In this document: piece by piece, positions 29,518 through 50,538 of the stretch
Position numbering within the stretch: position 1 is the first letter of the stretch
Layout of the letters: the number at the start of each line of letters is the position of its first letter
Source: the human T2T-CHM13v2.0 reference genome, Homo sapiens
NCBI RefSeq assembly: GCF_009914755.1
Contig: NC_060947.1
Length of the DNA: 64,000 nucleotides
Direction: 5' to 3' (one strand)
The notes under the pieces: model-generated
Database searches by the model: none
The model's input: the letters and a program-made list of their open reading frames with translations, nothing else
Told to the model about the DNA's origin: nothing
Made by a program: the position numbers and the translations under genes

Positions 29518-31411
29518 TCAGGATTTTTTTAAAAATGCTTCAGAAAAAAATGTTGGGGAGTTACATGAAATAAGATTAGCAGAATGTTGACAGTTGTTAA
29601 AGCTGATGATGAATACATGGGCGTTCATTATAGTCTTCTTTTCTGTGTTTCAGAATATACATAATAAAAGTTCAAAAAAAAGACTGGAAATGGGGAGCCA
29701 ACTAAAGGCCCAGATCTTTTCTCTTTCCTAATGAACAGCCTTTAATATATATCTATTCATTTTCAGATTTAAAAATTTCTAATTTACAGAGTGTCTAACA
29801 TAAAAAAGAAAACTACACGGAAACTTCAATTATAATTGCCTATGAAAGAGATAAAAGTGTCAAATATTTTAACAGTTTTGGTTTCAGGCCTTGAAAAGAA
29901 TGTTTCTGAGGAACTCTTAAAAAAAACTTATACAATTTTATAATCTTAAAATTTTCTAGCTATGCTAAAATTCAGTGTCTTTTAAATAAATGTTTTCTAA
30001 TGGGTGAACAAAAGAAGAAGAAAAAGAAGGGCATTACTAGAAATAGAAACGAGGAGGAGGGAAGGAGTCCATTTAGAATTATTATATTCTTCATTAAGAG
30101 ATAAAAATCTTGTCTTGCCTTGTTCTCTTTGTTGGAGAAGAGCCCCCTCACCTCTGGAAGGGGCAAGGAGTAAACCTGCCATCCATAGCTGCTCAAAATA
30201 AACAATGAAATCAGAGTAAGACACCAGGGCAAATAGCAGGGGCATGAGCATGGTAGCTCTGGTTCCAGTGCCTCCAAGTCTCACGGAGTGTTGTGATGAG
30301 CATGGAGACTATATGCACAGTGAGTTGTGCCATAGCTAATGGAACCCAGGGCTGAGGGCTCCATGCGTTAATTCTTACCAGTCAGATTGAAGCAAAGTTG
30401 CCTTGGTGCACATATGAGGAAGGAGCTGAGGTGTCATGCACAGCCAAATAGTCATGTTATTGTGAGGGTGTCAGGTATGGCTAAACAGTGCTGCTATTGT
30501 GAGAGTGTCATGCACAGTGAAATAGTTCAGATCCTGCCATACCTACATGAGTGTTCTGTTTTTATAGCATGAGGATGGGGATGGTAAACCCAGCAGCAGC
30601 GTTGTGTTGCCAATTGCAGCTGCCGCCTGACTCAGGTGGACCATGTGATTGTTTTGCCATGCTGCAGTGCTACATCTAGGGGACAAAGAAAGCATTAAAT
30701 GTTTCCCCCCTTCCCACACCTCCTGGAGACTAAGGTATTCCTTCCCCAGGTCCCAGGTTTATTGCTCTTTCCATATAGTCCATTTGTTTTAAATCAGTAG
30801 CCACTATTTCTCCTTTCGCCCAGCCATCCACCACCTCTACCCAGATGGACGAAGGCTCATGGGAACTGGGCACCATGGGTAGAACTTGCAACAGCCTGTG
30901 ATGTCCTCTAACATTGCCCAAGCAGGCCACTGTAGGGATACTCTAGTGCCCATGAATTTCACCAACTATTATCCTCATGGCCAGCACTCTTCCATATCCA
31001 ACACCTGAAACCAAGTCATAGCAGAAGCAAAAGGTTGCAGTCACCTTCCTCCTGTTGCCTAACCTTAGGCTGAAACCAGTCAGGCTTACCAGGCACTAAG
31101 GGCCAGTGGAAAAAAAGAATAGGGGTGGCTGAAGATTGTCAGGATGCAATCATAGATACATAGCACCAGTCTCCCATTCCTCCTACCCCTTCCATCCTGG
31201 CCTTCCCTAGGCAATGGGAAATTTTGAATATAATTGATCAGAAAACTCTTTCAGTCATGTGCATATTCTAGGAATATCTAGTGTAGGTAAATTGTCACAC
31301 ATGTCTATGAGAAAGAAAAAATTTAATAAACTATTTATTTCACTTAAAAATATAGAGACAAGTAAGTTTAAATAATAGCCTTTGTTACTGTAGTTACATC
31401 CAGTGAGGAGC

Positions 31412-32105
31412 GAAGGGGGAAGAGCCCCTCATAACCAGCAGATCTTGTGAAAACTCACTCACTATCACAAGAACAGCATGGGGGAAACTGTCCCCATGAT
31501 CCAATCACCCCCAACTGGGTTCCTCCCTGGACATGTGAGGATTATGGGGATTACAATTCGAGATGAAATTTGAGTTGGGACACAGAGCCAAACTGTATTA
31601 TTCTGTCCCTGACCCCTCCTAAATGTCATGTCCTTTTCACATTTCAAAACCAATCATGCCTTCCCAACAGTCCCCCAAAGTCTTCACTCATTTCAGCATT
31701 AACGCAAAAGTCCAAGTCTCATTTGAGACAAGGAAATTCCCTTCTGCCTATGAACCTGTAAAATAAAAAACAAATTAGTTACTTCCAAGATACAGTGGGG
31801 GTACAGGCATTGAGTAAATGTTCCCATTCCAAATGGGAGAAATTGGCCAAAACAAAGGGGCCACAGGCCCCATGCAAATCCGAAACCCGGTGTGGCAGTC
31901 ATTAAATCTTAAAGCTCCAAAATGATCTCTTTTGACTCCATGTCTCACATCCAGAGCACGCTCATGCAAGGGGTGGGCTCCCACAGCCTTGGGCAGCTCC
32001 TGCATGGGCTGGCATTGAGTATCTGAGGCTTTTCCAGGTGCATGGTGCAAGTTGTTGGTGGATCTACCATCCTGGGGGCTGGAGAACAGCGGCCCTCTTC
32101 TCATA
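31412..32105 (-). mobile_element. MST/THE1 MaLR LTR fragment plus internal sequence
   Basis: actcactcactatcacaagaacagcatgggg... followed by MaLR-int (ttagttacttccaagatacagtggggg...). Confidence 0.8.
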
Positions 32106-33548
32106 GCTAGCTCTGTAGACCCTTAAGATTGGGGATAGGACCTATAGTCTTAGTTTAATTTTGGACACACTTGTTTCCTAAAAGTATACTACAAAGTCTG
32201 ATTATAAAATCTTCTGTTAGTATTTGTCTGGGTTACAGTGTTCATATGTGTGATCTTCAGAGTCTTAAATGATATTATTCAGTCACTGTCACATAAATTG
32301 ACTCAAAAGTTCATCTTACAGTGAAAGAAACATGAAGGATTGACTTTAATCCAACTATCCGAATAGCCTTCCTATCAATGGAACTCAGACAGTGGCGCAG
32401 ATCTGGATTTCACAAAATAATGTCCTGTGGTCCGAATTTTATAGCCCTTGGCCAAAAGAAAGGACTAAGAAAGTACAACCTAGCTCAGAGTGAGAAAGTG
32501 TTACAGAAATCTGTCCAGCCATTCATTAGACTGGAATAATACACAGATAAAGTCAGCTACACAGTTCAGTATCAGGGGATGGTTAGGCCTTAGTGTGGCA
32601 CACTTAGCAAGACTGTGCAAAGATCTTTGAGACCTATGGCGGACTACCTCACCTGTAAACCAGTAGAAAGATTTGTACAGAATTCATTTTTACTTCCAGA
32701 AAAATTAGCCCATTATTTCTAGTGATTTTTGAAGAAGATAGAATTGAGCCAAAAGGGAAGGAAACTTCAAATTCTAGGATAAAAGTAAAGCTTAGAGAGA
32801 AAACAATGCTCCTGAAGAAAATATGGATTATAATTTTAGTTTTGCTTTGATATTTATGAAACATGCCAAAATTACTTCCTTTGGATGTTATCAAAAGGCA
32901 TAAATGAAATGTGAAAACATTTAGGTCTGCATTAAAAAAATATAGGAGGAAAAATAAGAGGAAAGATTAGAGCCCTCCAAACCAGAGATAATAGGCTAAA
33001 ATTTGAAAGAAAATATAAAATCAGTATATTTTAGACAATTAGAAACCTAAAAGAATAATTGAAATGCTAAGAAAAGAACAAGACAATATGACAAAAAGAA
33101 AAGACAGACTAGGGAAAAATAACCATAGAAATGTAAAGATTAAAAAATTCGGAATTGCTTCTGAAAAGCAATTTAGTGAAAAGCTAGAAAGCAGATTAGA
33201 CAGCTAAAAAGAGAAGAAATAAACTGTACAATAGACTTAAGGAAATTTTTCAGAATGCTGTGACACGGAGTTACCCAAAGACTGAAAATATTAAACAAGT
33301 TAAAAAGACCTAGAAGATAAAACGTGTAAGGTTCAGAGCAGTGTTTATGGAATGCTATCTTTGATGTAAGAAAAAGGAAAATAATATGTATTCATATATT
33401 ATTATATTACCATAACAAATTCAGAGGATACACAAGTAGTACATCTGTTTGAATGTGGTTGTGGTGAGGGAAATAGTAGATTTGGGCAAGGGTGGGACTG
33501 AGACTTGCATTACTGTATACATTTTATATTGGTTTAATTCACAAACCA

Positions 33549-33989
33549 TGTCTGAGTCCTCTGAGAAGCAGAAGCCAACATGGGATTGGACATGCAAGGA
33601 TTGATTGGAGAAATCCTCTGAGGGTAAAAGGGGAGGGAGGGATCCCCAAGAGGTGGGAAGAGGCTTCAGGCCACTCTGCAGGTCTGATACCAATGAAAGG
33701 AGCATTGCATAGGCAGAGTCTAAGACTGCATTGAGATTCTAAGAAAGGTTCGGCCAAGTTGATGAGGCATCCTGAAGCCAAAGTAGCCTGTCAGAGGAGT
33801 CACATGTCTTACAGGAATGGGTCTACCTTATTATCCCTGCCATGCGGAATCATTGACTGAAAGCAGCCTGTGTGAAGTGTGGTCTCCATGTTAACAGGCG
33901 GTAGATTCGTAGCGCAGCAGCTGAGGCCATCTGTCAATTATGCTTCCTGTAGCAAGAGATCTGAGTGGCGTATTTTCATAGCTGCCACA
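33549..33989 (-). mobile_element. ERVL solo LTR (LTR16-like)
   Basis: tgtctgagtcctctgagaagcagaagcc...catagctgccaca. Confidence 0.65.
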
Positions 33990-34398
33990 CCATGGGACTA
34001 CATTTTGTATTCAAAGAAGGGCAAAATAAAGACATTTTCAGACAAAGATTAAAGGAGCTTATCATTCACAGACTGTCACCCTGAAAACCTCTAAAGGATT
34101 CACTTTAGAAAGAACTGTTTTGAATCCTGAAGGACAGTGTAGGATGCAAGAAGCAATGGTGAGCAAATAAATTGGTAAACCTGTGGGAAAGAAGTTAGTA
34201 AATATGCAGATAAATCTAAATAGACATTGACTATTAAAAAAAAACTAAGAAAATGGAAAAAAGCAAGAAAAATGGCAATAATGATTGAGTATATTTTTAA
34301 AAGATGGAGTTAAAATATTAGCAATAACATGAAAAATTGGAAGGAGAAATTGGAGGTAGAGTATTTCAAGGTCCATGCGTTAGTCAGGGGGACAGTAA

Positions 34399-34734
<336 letters not shown>

Positions 34735-35124
34735 TAGATTAACTTTAGATTTCAAACCAAGTATGCCAAATTTAAGAGAAACTACTACAAGAGCACAAAT
34801 GGGTTATATGACTTCCAAGCCAGAAGAGGAAAAAGAAGAGAAAAAATGAAGCATGGCGAATCCAATAATTGGCATGAAATGAGGAGGAAAAAATAAAGCA
34901 AAAGAATGGGAAATAGCATAAATTAAGAAAAAAAGAAATACTAATATATCAGTAATCACTATAACTATGCATTATTTTATTTGCACTAGGGATATCCCCC
35001 TTGTAAAGAGACCAAATAAATTGCAGGTCAGTTCCTTTAACTCTTTCCTTCTTGCAAATGTGTGTATGGGCATGCATGTGCATGTGTACACACGTGTACA
35101 TTTACACACATATTTGTTTCCACA

Positions 35125-35128
<4 letters not shown>

Positions 35129-35194
<66 letters not shown>
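35129..35194. repeat. Compound microsatellite (TC)16(TA)17
   Basis: Read directly from the sequence. Confidence 0.97.
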
Positions 35195-35199
<5 letters not shown>

Positions 35200-35492
35200 G
35201 CCATGAGTTCATACTGATACCTCATATTTCAATCCAACACCAGAGGTTCATTCTAGTCTTCCCCCTTTCCATATTTGTAACTTCCTTTTCTGACAGTGAA
35301 CAATCTGGCTCAATATACTTATTTGCTCAATCCTAGAATACATAGAAAGTCGTTTCAGAATAGATAATCTATACCATTGTGAAAAACTAGCCTTCTGGGT
35401 TTGGAGGACAGTGGCAATACTGCCTCATTCTGAATCTCCCTACTCACCCCTCTCTCCACAAATAAACCTCATGAAATAAAGCAACATATGAC

Positions 35493-35850
35493 TGATATAG
35501 TTTAGCTGTGTCCCCATCCAAATCTCATCTTGAATTGTAGCTCCCACAATTCCCACGTGTCATGGGAGGGACCTGGTGGGAGGTAATTGAATCATGGGGG
35601 TGGGTCTTTCTTGTGCTGTTCTCATGATAGTGAATAAGTCTCACGAGATCTGATGGTTTTGTAAGGGGGAGTTTCCCTGCACAAGTTCTCTCTCATCTGC
35701 TGCCATGTAAGATGTGCCTTTCACCTTCCACCATGATTGTGAGGCCTCCCCAGCCACATGGAACTGTTGAGTCCATTAAACCTCTTTTTCTTTATAAATT
35801 ACCCAGTCTCAGGTATGTCTTTATCAGCATCACGAAAATGGACTAATACA
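35493..35850 (+). mobile_element. THE1 (THE1D-like) solo LTR
   Basis: tgatatagtttagctgtgtcccc...ggactaataca; 5-bp TSD atgac/gtgac. Confidence 0.9.
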
Positions 35851-36134
35851 GTGACTTATTCCTTCATCAGTATTTGGTAAAAGAGAATATTCTGATGTTT
35901 AAATTACTTGTAAGCAAAGAAATAAACCAAATTCTAATAGAGCTCCTGCCATCTGCCTGCTGCTGCACGCCTGTGGGTGCAGAGTGCAGAGGAGAAGAGG
36001 CGTAAAGAAATGCCATGAAAAAATATAGTGGGGCATAGAGGACTTGGATAAGGCACGGACAAAATAACCCTTAGAAAGAGAAAGCCAGATAAGATAAATG
36101 CCAAAATATAGAATATAGGTCAGGATATGGTAAG

Positions 36135-37760
36135 TTCATGTTAGTTTGTTATGCAACGATAGAAAACGAATATGGATTTTAGTACCTGAAAGTGTGGTGC
36201 TGCTATAAGAAATACTTAAAAATGTGGAAGTGTCTTTGGAACCAAGTTTGAAGAGGATTTTGTGGAGCATGATAACAGCCTAAGTTGCCTTGAACAGAAT
36301 GTTAGTAGAAATATGGACTATGGGAAGGCGGCTGGTGAGGCCTCAGAAGGAAGTGAGGCTCATGTTATAAGAATCTGGAGGAAGTGAGATCCTTGTTATG
36401 TATTGGCAGCAAGCTTAGCAAAACTGAAACTTGTGTCCTGCAGTTATTTGGAAGGTAGAATTTGAAAGCAATGAACTCACATATTTAGCTGAAAAGATTT
36501 CCAAGTAAAGTTGTTTTTGCTTGTTGTTTTTTTTTTGGTTTTTTTTTGTTTTTTAGAGGCAGGGTCTCCCTCTGTTGCCCAGGCAGGAGTGCAGTGGTGC
36601 AATTATGGCTCACTGCAGCCTCAAACTCCTGGGCTCAAATGATCCTCCTGCCTCAGCCTCCTGAGTAACTGGGACTACAGGCACGTGCCACAACACCTGG
36701 CTAATTTATTTTTATTTTTATAGAGATGGGGTCTCACTGGATTGGTCAAGTAAAGTGTTGAAGGTGCCATCTAGTTTCTTCTTGCCGATTATAGTAAAAC
36801 CCAAGAAGAGAGTGACAAATTGAGGAAAGGACTGTTAAACACAAAGGAATTGGGTAATTCTCAGCATATCAAGATTGACGAAGACACTAAAATTAAGAGA
36901 CAAAAGGTTAGAGTATTTGATCACAAGAGGTTTATGCTGTGCCTCACAGATCTCATTCAAATCAGTGGCTTCTAGGAAGCTTAAGGGTGTCCCTGAGCCA
37001 TCTCAGCAGCAGCCAAAGCTAGAGAAGGAATGATCTCTACCAGATTTGTGGACATGGCTTCTGTTCAATGTAGTGAATTCCTATGACATCCACTCAAAGC
37101 AGACAAGGTTCTTGAGAAATTTGTATCAGCAGAAATACTGCCAGCTTGGACTGAAAGTGACAGAGTTTGAAGTGAAAGGAAGCTGTCAAACTCCCAGAAT
37201 TCCTCTGGCAGAAAGGAGGTTGATAAAACTACTCAGCTGTAAACACATTCTACCTTTCATGAAAAAAGGACGGCTCAGAGAGAGGAACTGAAAGCCCAGG
37301 GGGCACAGGCGAGAGCCAGAGGGCAGAACTGAAAGGCACGTGGAATTATTTCCAAGTCTTGAAACCCAAGGGAGTTTCCCAGCTTTTAAAACTGCTTTGG
37401 ACTGGTGATCCTTTTTACCTTCCATTTTCCTCCCTTTTGAACTAGAATGTCTGTAACTCTTACCCTATGCCTGTTCCATCATCATGTGTTGGCAATAGAT
37501 AACTTGTTTCTACAGTTTCATAGGTCCACAGATGGAGAGAAATTGTGCCAGGCGTCTCACCCACACCTAATCTAAGTGATTTGATGATGAGATATTGGAT
37601 TTTTGAATTCATGAGATTTAGATGAGAGTTTGGACTTTGAGTTTAAGCTGTAATGGTATTGACACCCTTGGCAAATTTGGGAGAAGGTGAATGTATTTTG
37701 CATTTAGGAGAGACATGAATCATTGGGGGCCAGAGGGCAGACTGTGGTAAACAGAATTGT
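36135..37760 (+). mobile_element. MLT1 internal sequence with LTR stubs; contains a truncated Alu at ~36512-36740
   Basis: ttagtttgttatgcaacgatagaaaacgaata|...|gggccagagggcagactgtgg. Confidence 0.7.
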
Positions 37761-37761
37761 T

Positions 37762-38072
37762 CTTTTTATTTTTTTATTTTTCTTTTGAGACAGGGTCTTG
37801 CTGGGTCGCCTAGACTGGAGTGCAGTGGCGTGATCATAGCTCACTGCAACCTCGAACTCCTGGGTTCAAGTGATCCTCCCTCCTCAGCCTTCTGAGTACT
37901 GGGACTACAGGCATGCATCAACACACCTGGCTAATTAAAAAAAAAAAAAAACTGTAGAAACAGGAGTCTCCCTGTGTTGACCAGGCTGGTCTCGAACTCC
38001 TGGCCTCAAGTGATCCTCTTGCCTCAGCCTCTCGTAGTGTTGGGATTACAGGCATGAGCCACCTTGCCTGAC
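37762..38072 (-). mobile_element. Alu (AluJ-like)
   Basis: Dimer with T-tail. Confidence 0.9.
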
Positions 38073-38075
38073 CTT

Positions 38076-43648
<5,573 letters not shown>

Positions 43649-44050
43649 CTCCTGTTTCCTGTTACAAGTTTTTTAGCTTAACCTTTTATATTTAGGTCTC
43701 TATTCCATTTTGAGTTAATTTTTGAGTATGGTATGCATGTAGATATCCAATTTTCTCAGCACTATTTGTTGAAAAGACTATCTGTCCTTTCCCCATTGAA
43801 ATGCCTTGCACTTTTGTCAAAAGCCAATTGACCATAAATGTAAAGGTTTAGTTCTAGATTCTCAATTCTGTACCTTTGATCTGTATGTCTGTCTTTATGC
43901 CAGCACAACACTGTATTGATAACTGAGCTTTGTAATAAGTTTTGAAATTGAGAGGTAAAAGTCCTCCAACTTCGTTCTTCATTTTCAAAATTGTTTTGGA
44001 TATACTGGATCTATTTCATTTAATTTCAGGATCAGTATGAAGTCAGAAAC

Positions 44051-44605
44051 TGTGAAGGGTCTGAGATTTCACCCTACTTGCAAACTAACAAATTAGTTTG
44101 TGAACAGTTTCACATATATATGCTGACAGAAGATATCAGACCCCTGTGTTAAGGACAGATGGTTTATAACTCATGGCAAAAGCAGCATCCGGAGTACCAA
44201 CTCACTAGTGCCTAATTCCCCACGCCCCAGTTCTCCACAGGGCAACACAAATGAGAGCCAGATGTTTACCTGCATAAACAATGGGTTTCACCATAGGAAA
44301 AAAAATCCCCAAATTAGGAGGCTCTGAAGTTATGTAAGGTTTGCTGGCACATCTGCCCATCCTCCCCTTTAGGAAGGGAGAGATAATGACTTTATCTTTT
44401 CTCTTGAATATAAACAAATCTTCACTGGAGAGGGGAGTGGAAGGCCTCTAGGTTTATTATCCTGAAATGTAAGCAAATGTCTACTGGGTATACACAGCTC
44501 GAAATCTCTAGCTTCCAAGGCCTTTGCCATTCAAACATGCTCTTTGTTCAGAAGACCTGGACTGTGTGGAGCTGTGAAATATTCATGGAGAATTGTCTCC
44601 CAGCA
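44051..44605 (-). mobile_element. ERVL-type solo LTR (MER54/MER76 group; subfamily uncertain)
   Basis: tgtgaagggtctgagatttcaccctacttgcaaactaac...tgtctcccagca, interrupting L1. Confidence 0.6.
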
Positions 44606-45037
44606 ATCAATTTGTCAATTTCCTCAAAAAAAATCTGTTGGAATTTTGATAGAGATTGTGTTAATCTACAAATCAATTTGGAGAGAATTGCCATATTACT
44701 GAGTTTTCCAATCTATGATCATGGGATGTCTCTCCACATATTTAGGTCTTCTTTAATTTCCCTCATCAGTATTTTTAAATTTTCAGTGTACATGTCTTAC
44801 ACTTATTTTGTTAAATTTATTCTTAAGTGTTTTATTCTTTTTAATACAATCATAAATGGAGTTATTTTTTAATTTCACTTTTGGAATTTTTATTGCTCAT
44901 AGTAATACAATTGATTTTTGTATACTGACTTAGTATCTCATCACTTTGCTGAACTTATTAGTTCTAATAGTTGTGTGTGTGTGTGTGTATAAATTCCTTA
45001 GGATTTTCTACATGATGATCATGTCATTAGCAAATAA

Positions 45038-45370
<333 letters not shown>

Positions 45371-45510
45371 GATGATTTTTAATTTTTTTGCTTGATTACA
45401 CTAGACCCTCCAGTACAATGTTGAATAGAAGTGGCAAGAGTGGGTATTCTTGCCTTCTTCCTAGTCTTGGAGGCAAACATGCAGTCTTTCATGATTAGGT
45501 ATGATGTGAG

Positions 45511-46302
45511 ACAGAATTAGGAGAAATCCAGGGGGCTCTGGAGGATCCAGGGATCAGATTGGAGGCAGATAGGGCAGAAACAGTTGGAAGGGGGTGGGAA
45601 TCAGGTGTGGCTGTGGAGTAAGCTATTTAAGTCCGGATTCAGTCTCTGCTAGTTCTTATCACTGGACCTGAATACAGGAGCACATCTGGATTAGAAGATG
45701 TCAGACTCAGAGGATCTTCCCAAAGGCAAGCACCAGATGCATTCACGCAGGAAATGAACCATGTTCACTGAGAAGCTACTGGAAGACTTGAACATCTTTT
45801 TTAATGAGAACCTATACCCAAACCCCAGCCTGCAGTGGGCTTCGAAAATTGACATACATCCAACAGTACTGGAGGTCTGGTTCGAAAACCACAGAGCAAA
45901 ACTTAAGAAAGCAAAATGCGAGCATATTCAGCAAAAACAAGAAACTCAACAACCATCAATACCAGAGGGTGAAGTCAAGACTAGTGCTGGCCTGAGAAAT
46001 ACACACACGGTACTCAGATTCCCCAATGCTGTTCATCCTGTCGGCCTGGTGTATATGAATCTTTGGACACCCTTGTTCCAACTCATTCTGTACCCCAACC
46101 TTAAGGTCCCTACAAATGACTTCCCTGGCCAAAAAATAGTCCATTTTGGCTGCTGCCAAGATCCTAACATATACTGCCTCTAGCCCGTTTTGGAATCCCA
46201 AGTTTGTTCTCCAAGCTTCAATTCTAGTTCTTCTGCCTGTTCTCTCTACGAAGTCGAGAGAGATGCTAAATACAAAAAAAAATATTGTAAAAACAAAACA
46301 AA
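45511..46302 (+). pseudogene. DPRXP6: DPRX (PRD-like homeobox) processed pseudogene, probably DPRXP6
   Basis: ATG at 45698 gives MSDSEDLPKGKHQMHSRRK*TMFTEKLLEDLNIFFNENLYPNP...VWFENHRAKLKKAK...VHFGCCQDPNIYCL*. Intronless, stops at 45755 and 46181, A-rich tail 46275-46302. The paralog number is from memory. Confidence 0.9.
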
Positions 46303-46965
46303 ACACTTGTGGTTTTTGTGGATACTCTTTATCAGGTTGAAGGTTGAAGAAGTTCCCTTCTAAGTTTGTTGAGAATTTGTGTTATGAATTTGTATTTTTC
46401 TGTGTCTATTGAGATGATCACATGGCTTTTGCCCTTTATTCTATTATGTTCATTTCCACATGAATTTCATTTTCCTGAACTTTTACAAGGGAAATATAGA
46501 TTTTATAACTTTATGACTAGAGCTCTCCTGTTGTTTTTGTGAAATGTCAAAAAATATGGTGGCTTAATTTCTGAGATCTCCAGACTCTGTTCCCCTCCCC
46601 TACTTTTTCTGGCCCTGTTCTTTCTTTCGTCTCTATTGTCACTTTAGATTGATCAGCAAGTCTCCTCAGTGTGGATCTTTATCCTCAAAGGATGCTTTGG
46701 CTGGTTAGTTCTAAGAGCTTATATGACCCAGACTATTTTAGATCTCTTATATCTTATTGCAGACCATTGCTATGGAGGTTTACCCCTACAGTTTTAGTTC
46801 CTGTTCTCACTTTGGCTCTCTGAACTTTCAGTGAGTACCTTTTGGTTATTTTGTTGTTCCCAGGTCAATGAGATGCCCTGTTGCTTCCCTAAGCATGTTT
46901 CTGTACAGATGCCAATACCATAGGTATTGTAGCTATCACTGGTCCATCCCTACTTGCTCATATAT

Positions 46966-48682
<1,717 letters not shown>

Positions 48683-48950
48683 GATAGTCTCACAGCACAG
48701 GGAACAGGCCCATATTTTGTGTTTTGAGGAAAACAATTTATTGTCTAGCTTCGTTGTACAAATAACTGTTACTTTAAAAGAAAGCTAACAGCTGGATAAG
48801 TTGAACATGAAAATGGGAAACCAAAGAACAAAAGTGAGGTATGGCAACCCCTGGGACTATGATAGGAGTGTGTCGGGGGAGGGGGAATCACCTTTGTTAG
48901 ATCACATCTTTGCACCAGGTGGCAGAAATAATTGGGAATGGAAAGGAGTA

Positions 48951-48980
48951 AACAAACAACAACAACAACAACAACAACAA
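48951..48980. repeat. (CAA)n microsatellite
   Basis: About 9 CAA units. Confidence 0.9.
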
Positions 48981-49316
48981 AGGTGACACTTCACCTCTAT
49001 TACTTCAACTACTACTTTAACTTACTAATTTGTGTTTTCTAAATTTAATAAAAAATTGCATTACATTAGGGAACCTGGAATCATATTGCATGCAGGTAGT
49101 TATGGGTGGGGAAGAAAGGAGATTAATGAACTGATGCACTGGTGTTGCAAGAGATGTAATTTGAGTCCTTCAAAGAAAATGCTTGACGTTTTTATCATGG
49201 TGAGATAATGAGACCTGTTATTATAGTAGATTCTCTGTTCAAGGAGGGAGACCTTGAGAGTGGATTTTACTCACAACTGCCATCAGTAGACAAATAAAAT
49301 AAGTGAATGTTCATGA

Positions 49317-49703
<387 letters not shown>

Positions 49704-50226
49704 CATTGATTTTAAAAATAAATATTTTAAAATCTGGCATGCCATGTGATTAGAATCCTCAGTCACTAAATCAGGAAATTTCCATTTTAAAAAGTAAAAT
49801 GTTGGTCTTTTGGATATTTCAAGCCCTCCTCCACACACACTATTCTTATCCCAAGACTTTTATTTCAGCCATCATGTAACATCTTAAATTTCTCCACAAA
49901 TAACTTTATATTTTTGTCTTAAAATCCTCAAATGTTTAAAATCATGCATTTTAAACCTTTTAAAAGTCCTAGTACTCTTAGTAATTTAATGGTGTCCAAA
50001 TGTGGAAGTGTAACTTCAATTCATTAGCTGAGAATAACTTTTTAAAAATTACAGCAACTAAAACAATAAGGATTACCAGAAAGCATTTGTGTTGATTACT
50101 GAGCTTCCATGATAAAAAGCAGTAGATATACTTCTCAAGTCATTATATTTTATTTAGGACCCACAGAAGCAAACTCACATACTTATCAAATATTTTAATG
50201 TAAATGCATTAGAAAGCAAATCTTAA

Positions 50227-50538
50227 TTTTTATTTATGTATGTATCTATTTAGGGACAGGGTCTCACTATGTTTCCCAGCCTGGGGCATAGTGGCACAAC
50301 CATAGCTCACTGCAGCCTGGAACTCCTGGGCTCAATCAATCCTCCCACCCCAGTCTCCTGAGTAGCTGGGACTACAGGCACATCGCACCACACTTAGCTA
50401 ATAAAAAAAGAAAAAATTAGAGATGGGGTCTCACTATTTTGCCCAGGCTGGTCTTGAACTCCTGGCCTCAAGTGATCCTCCTACCTCAGCCTCCTAAGTA
50501 GCAGGGAGGGGTTACAGGTATGAGCTACTGTTCCCAGC
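50227..50538 (-). mobile_element. Alu (AluJ-like)
   Basis: TSD aaatcttaattttt. Confidence 0.9.

Noticed and set aside
32340-32540. Open stretch encoding MELRQWRRSGFHK...
   Set aside because: About 53 aa with no recognisable homology or splice support.
48801-48986. PolyQ ORF
   Set aside because: Artefact of a (CAA)n microsatellite.
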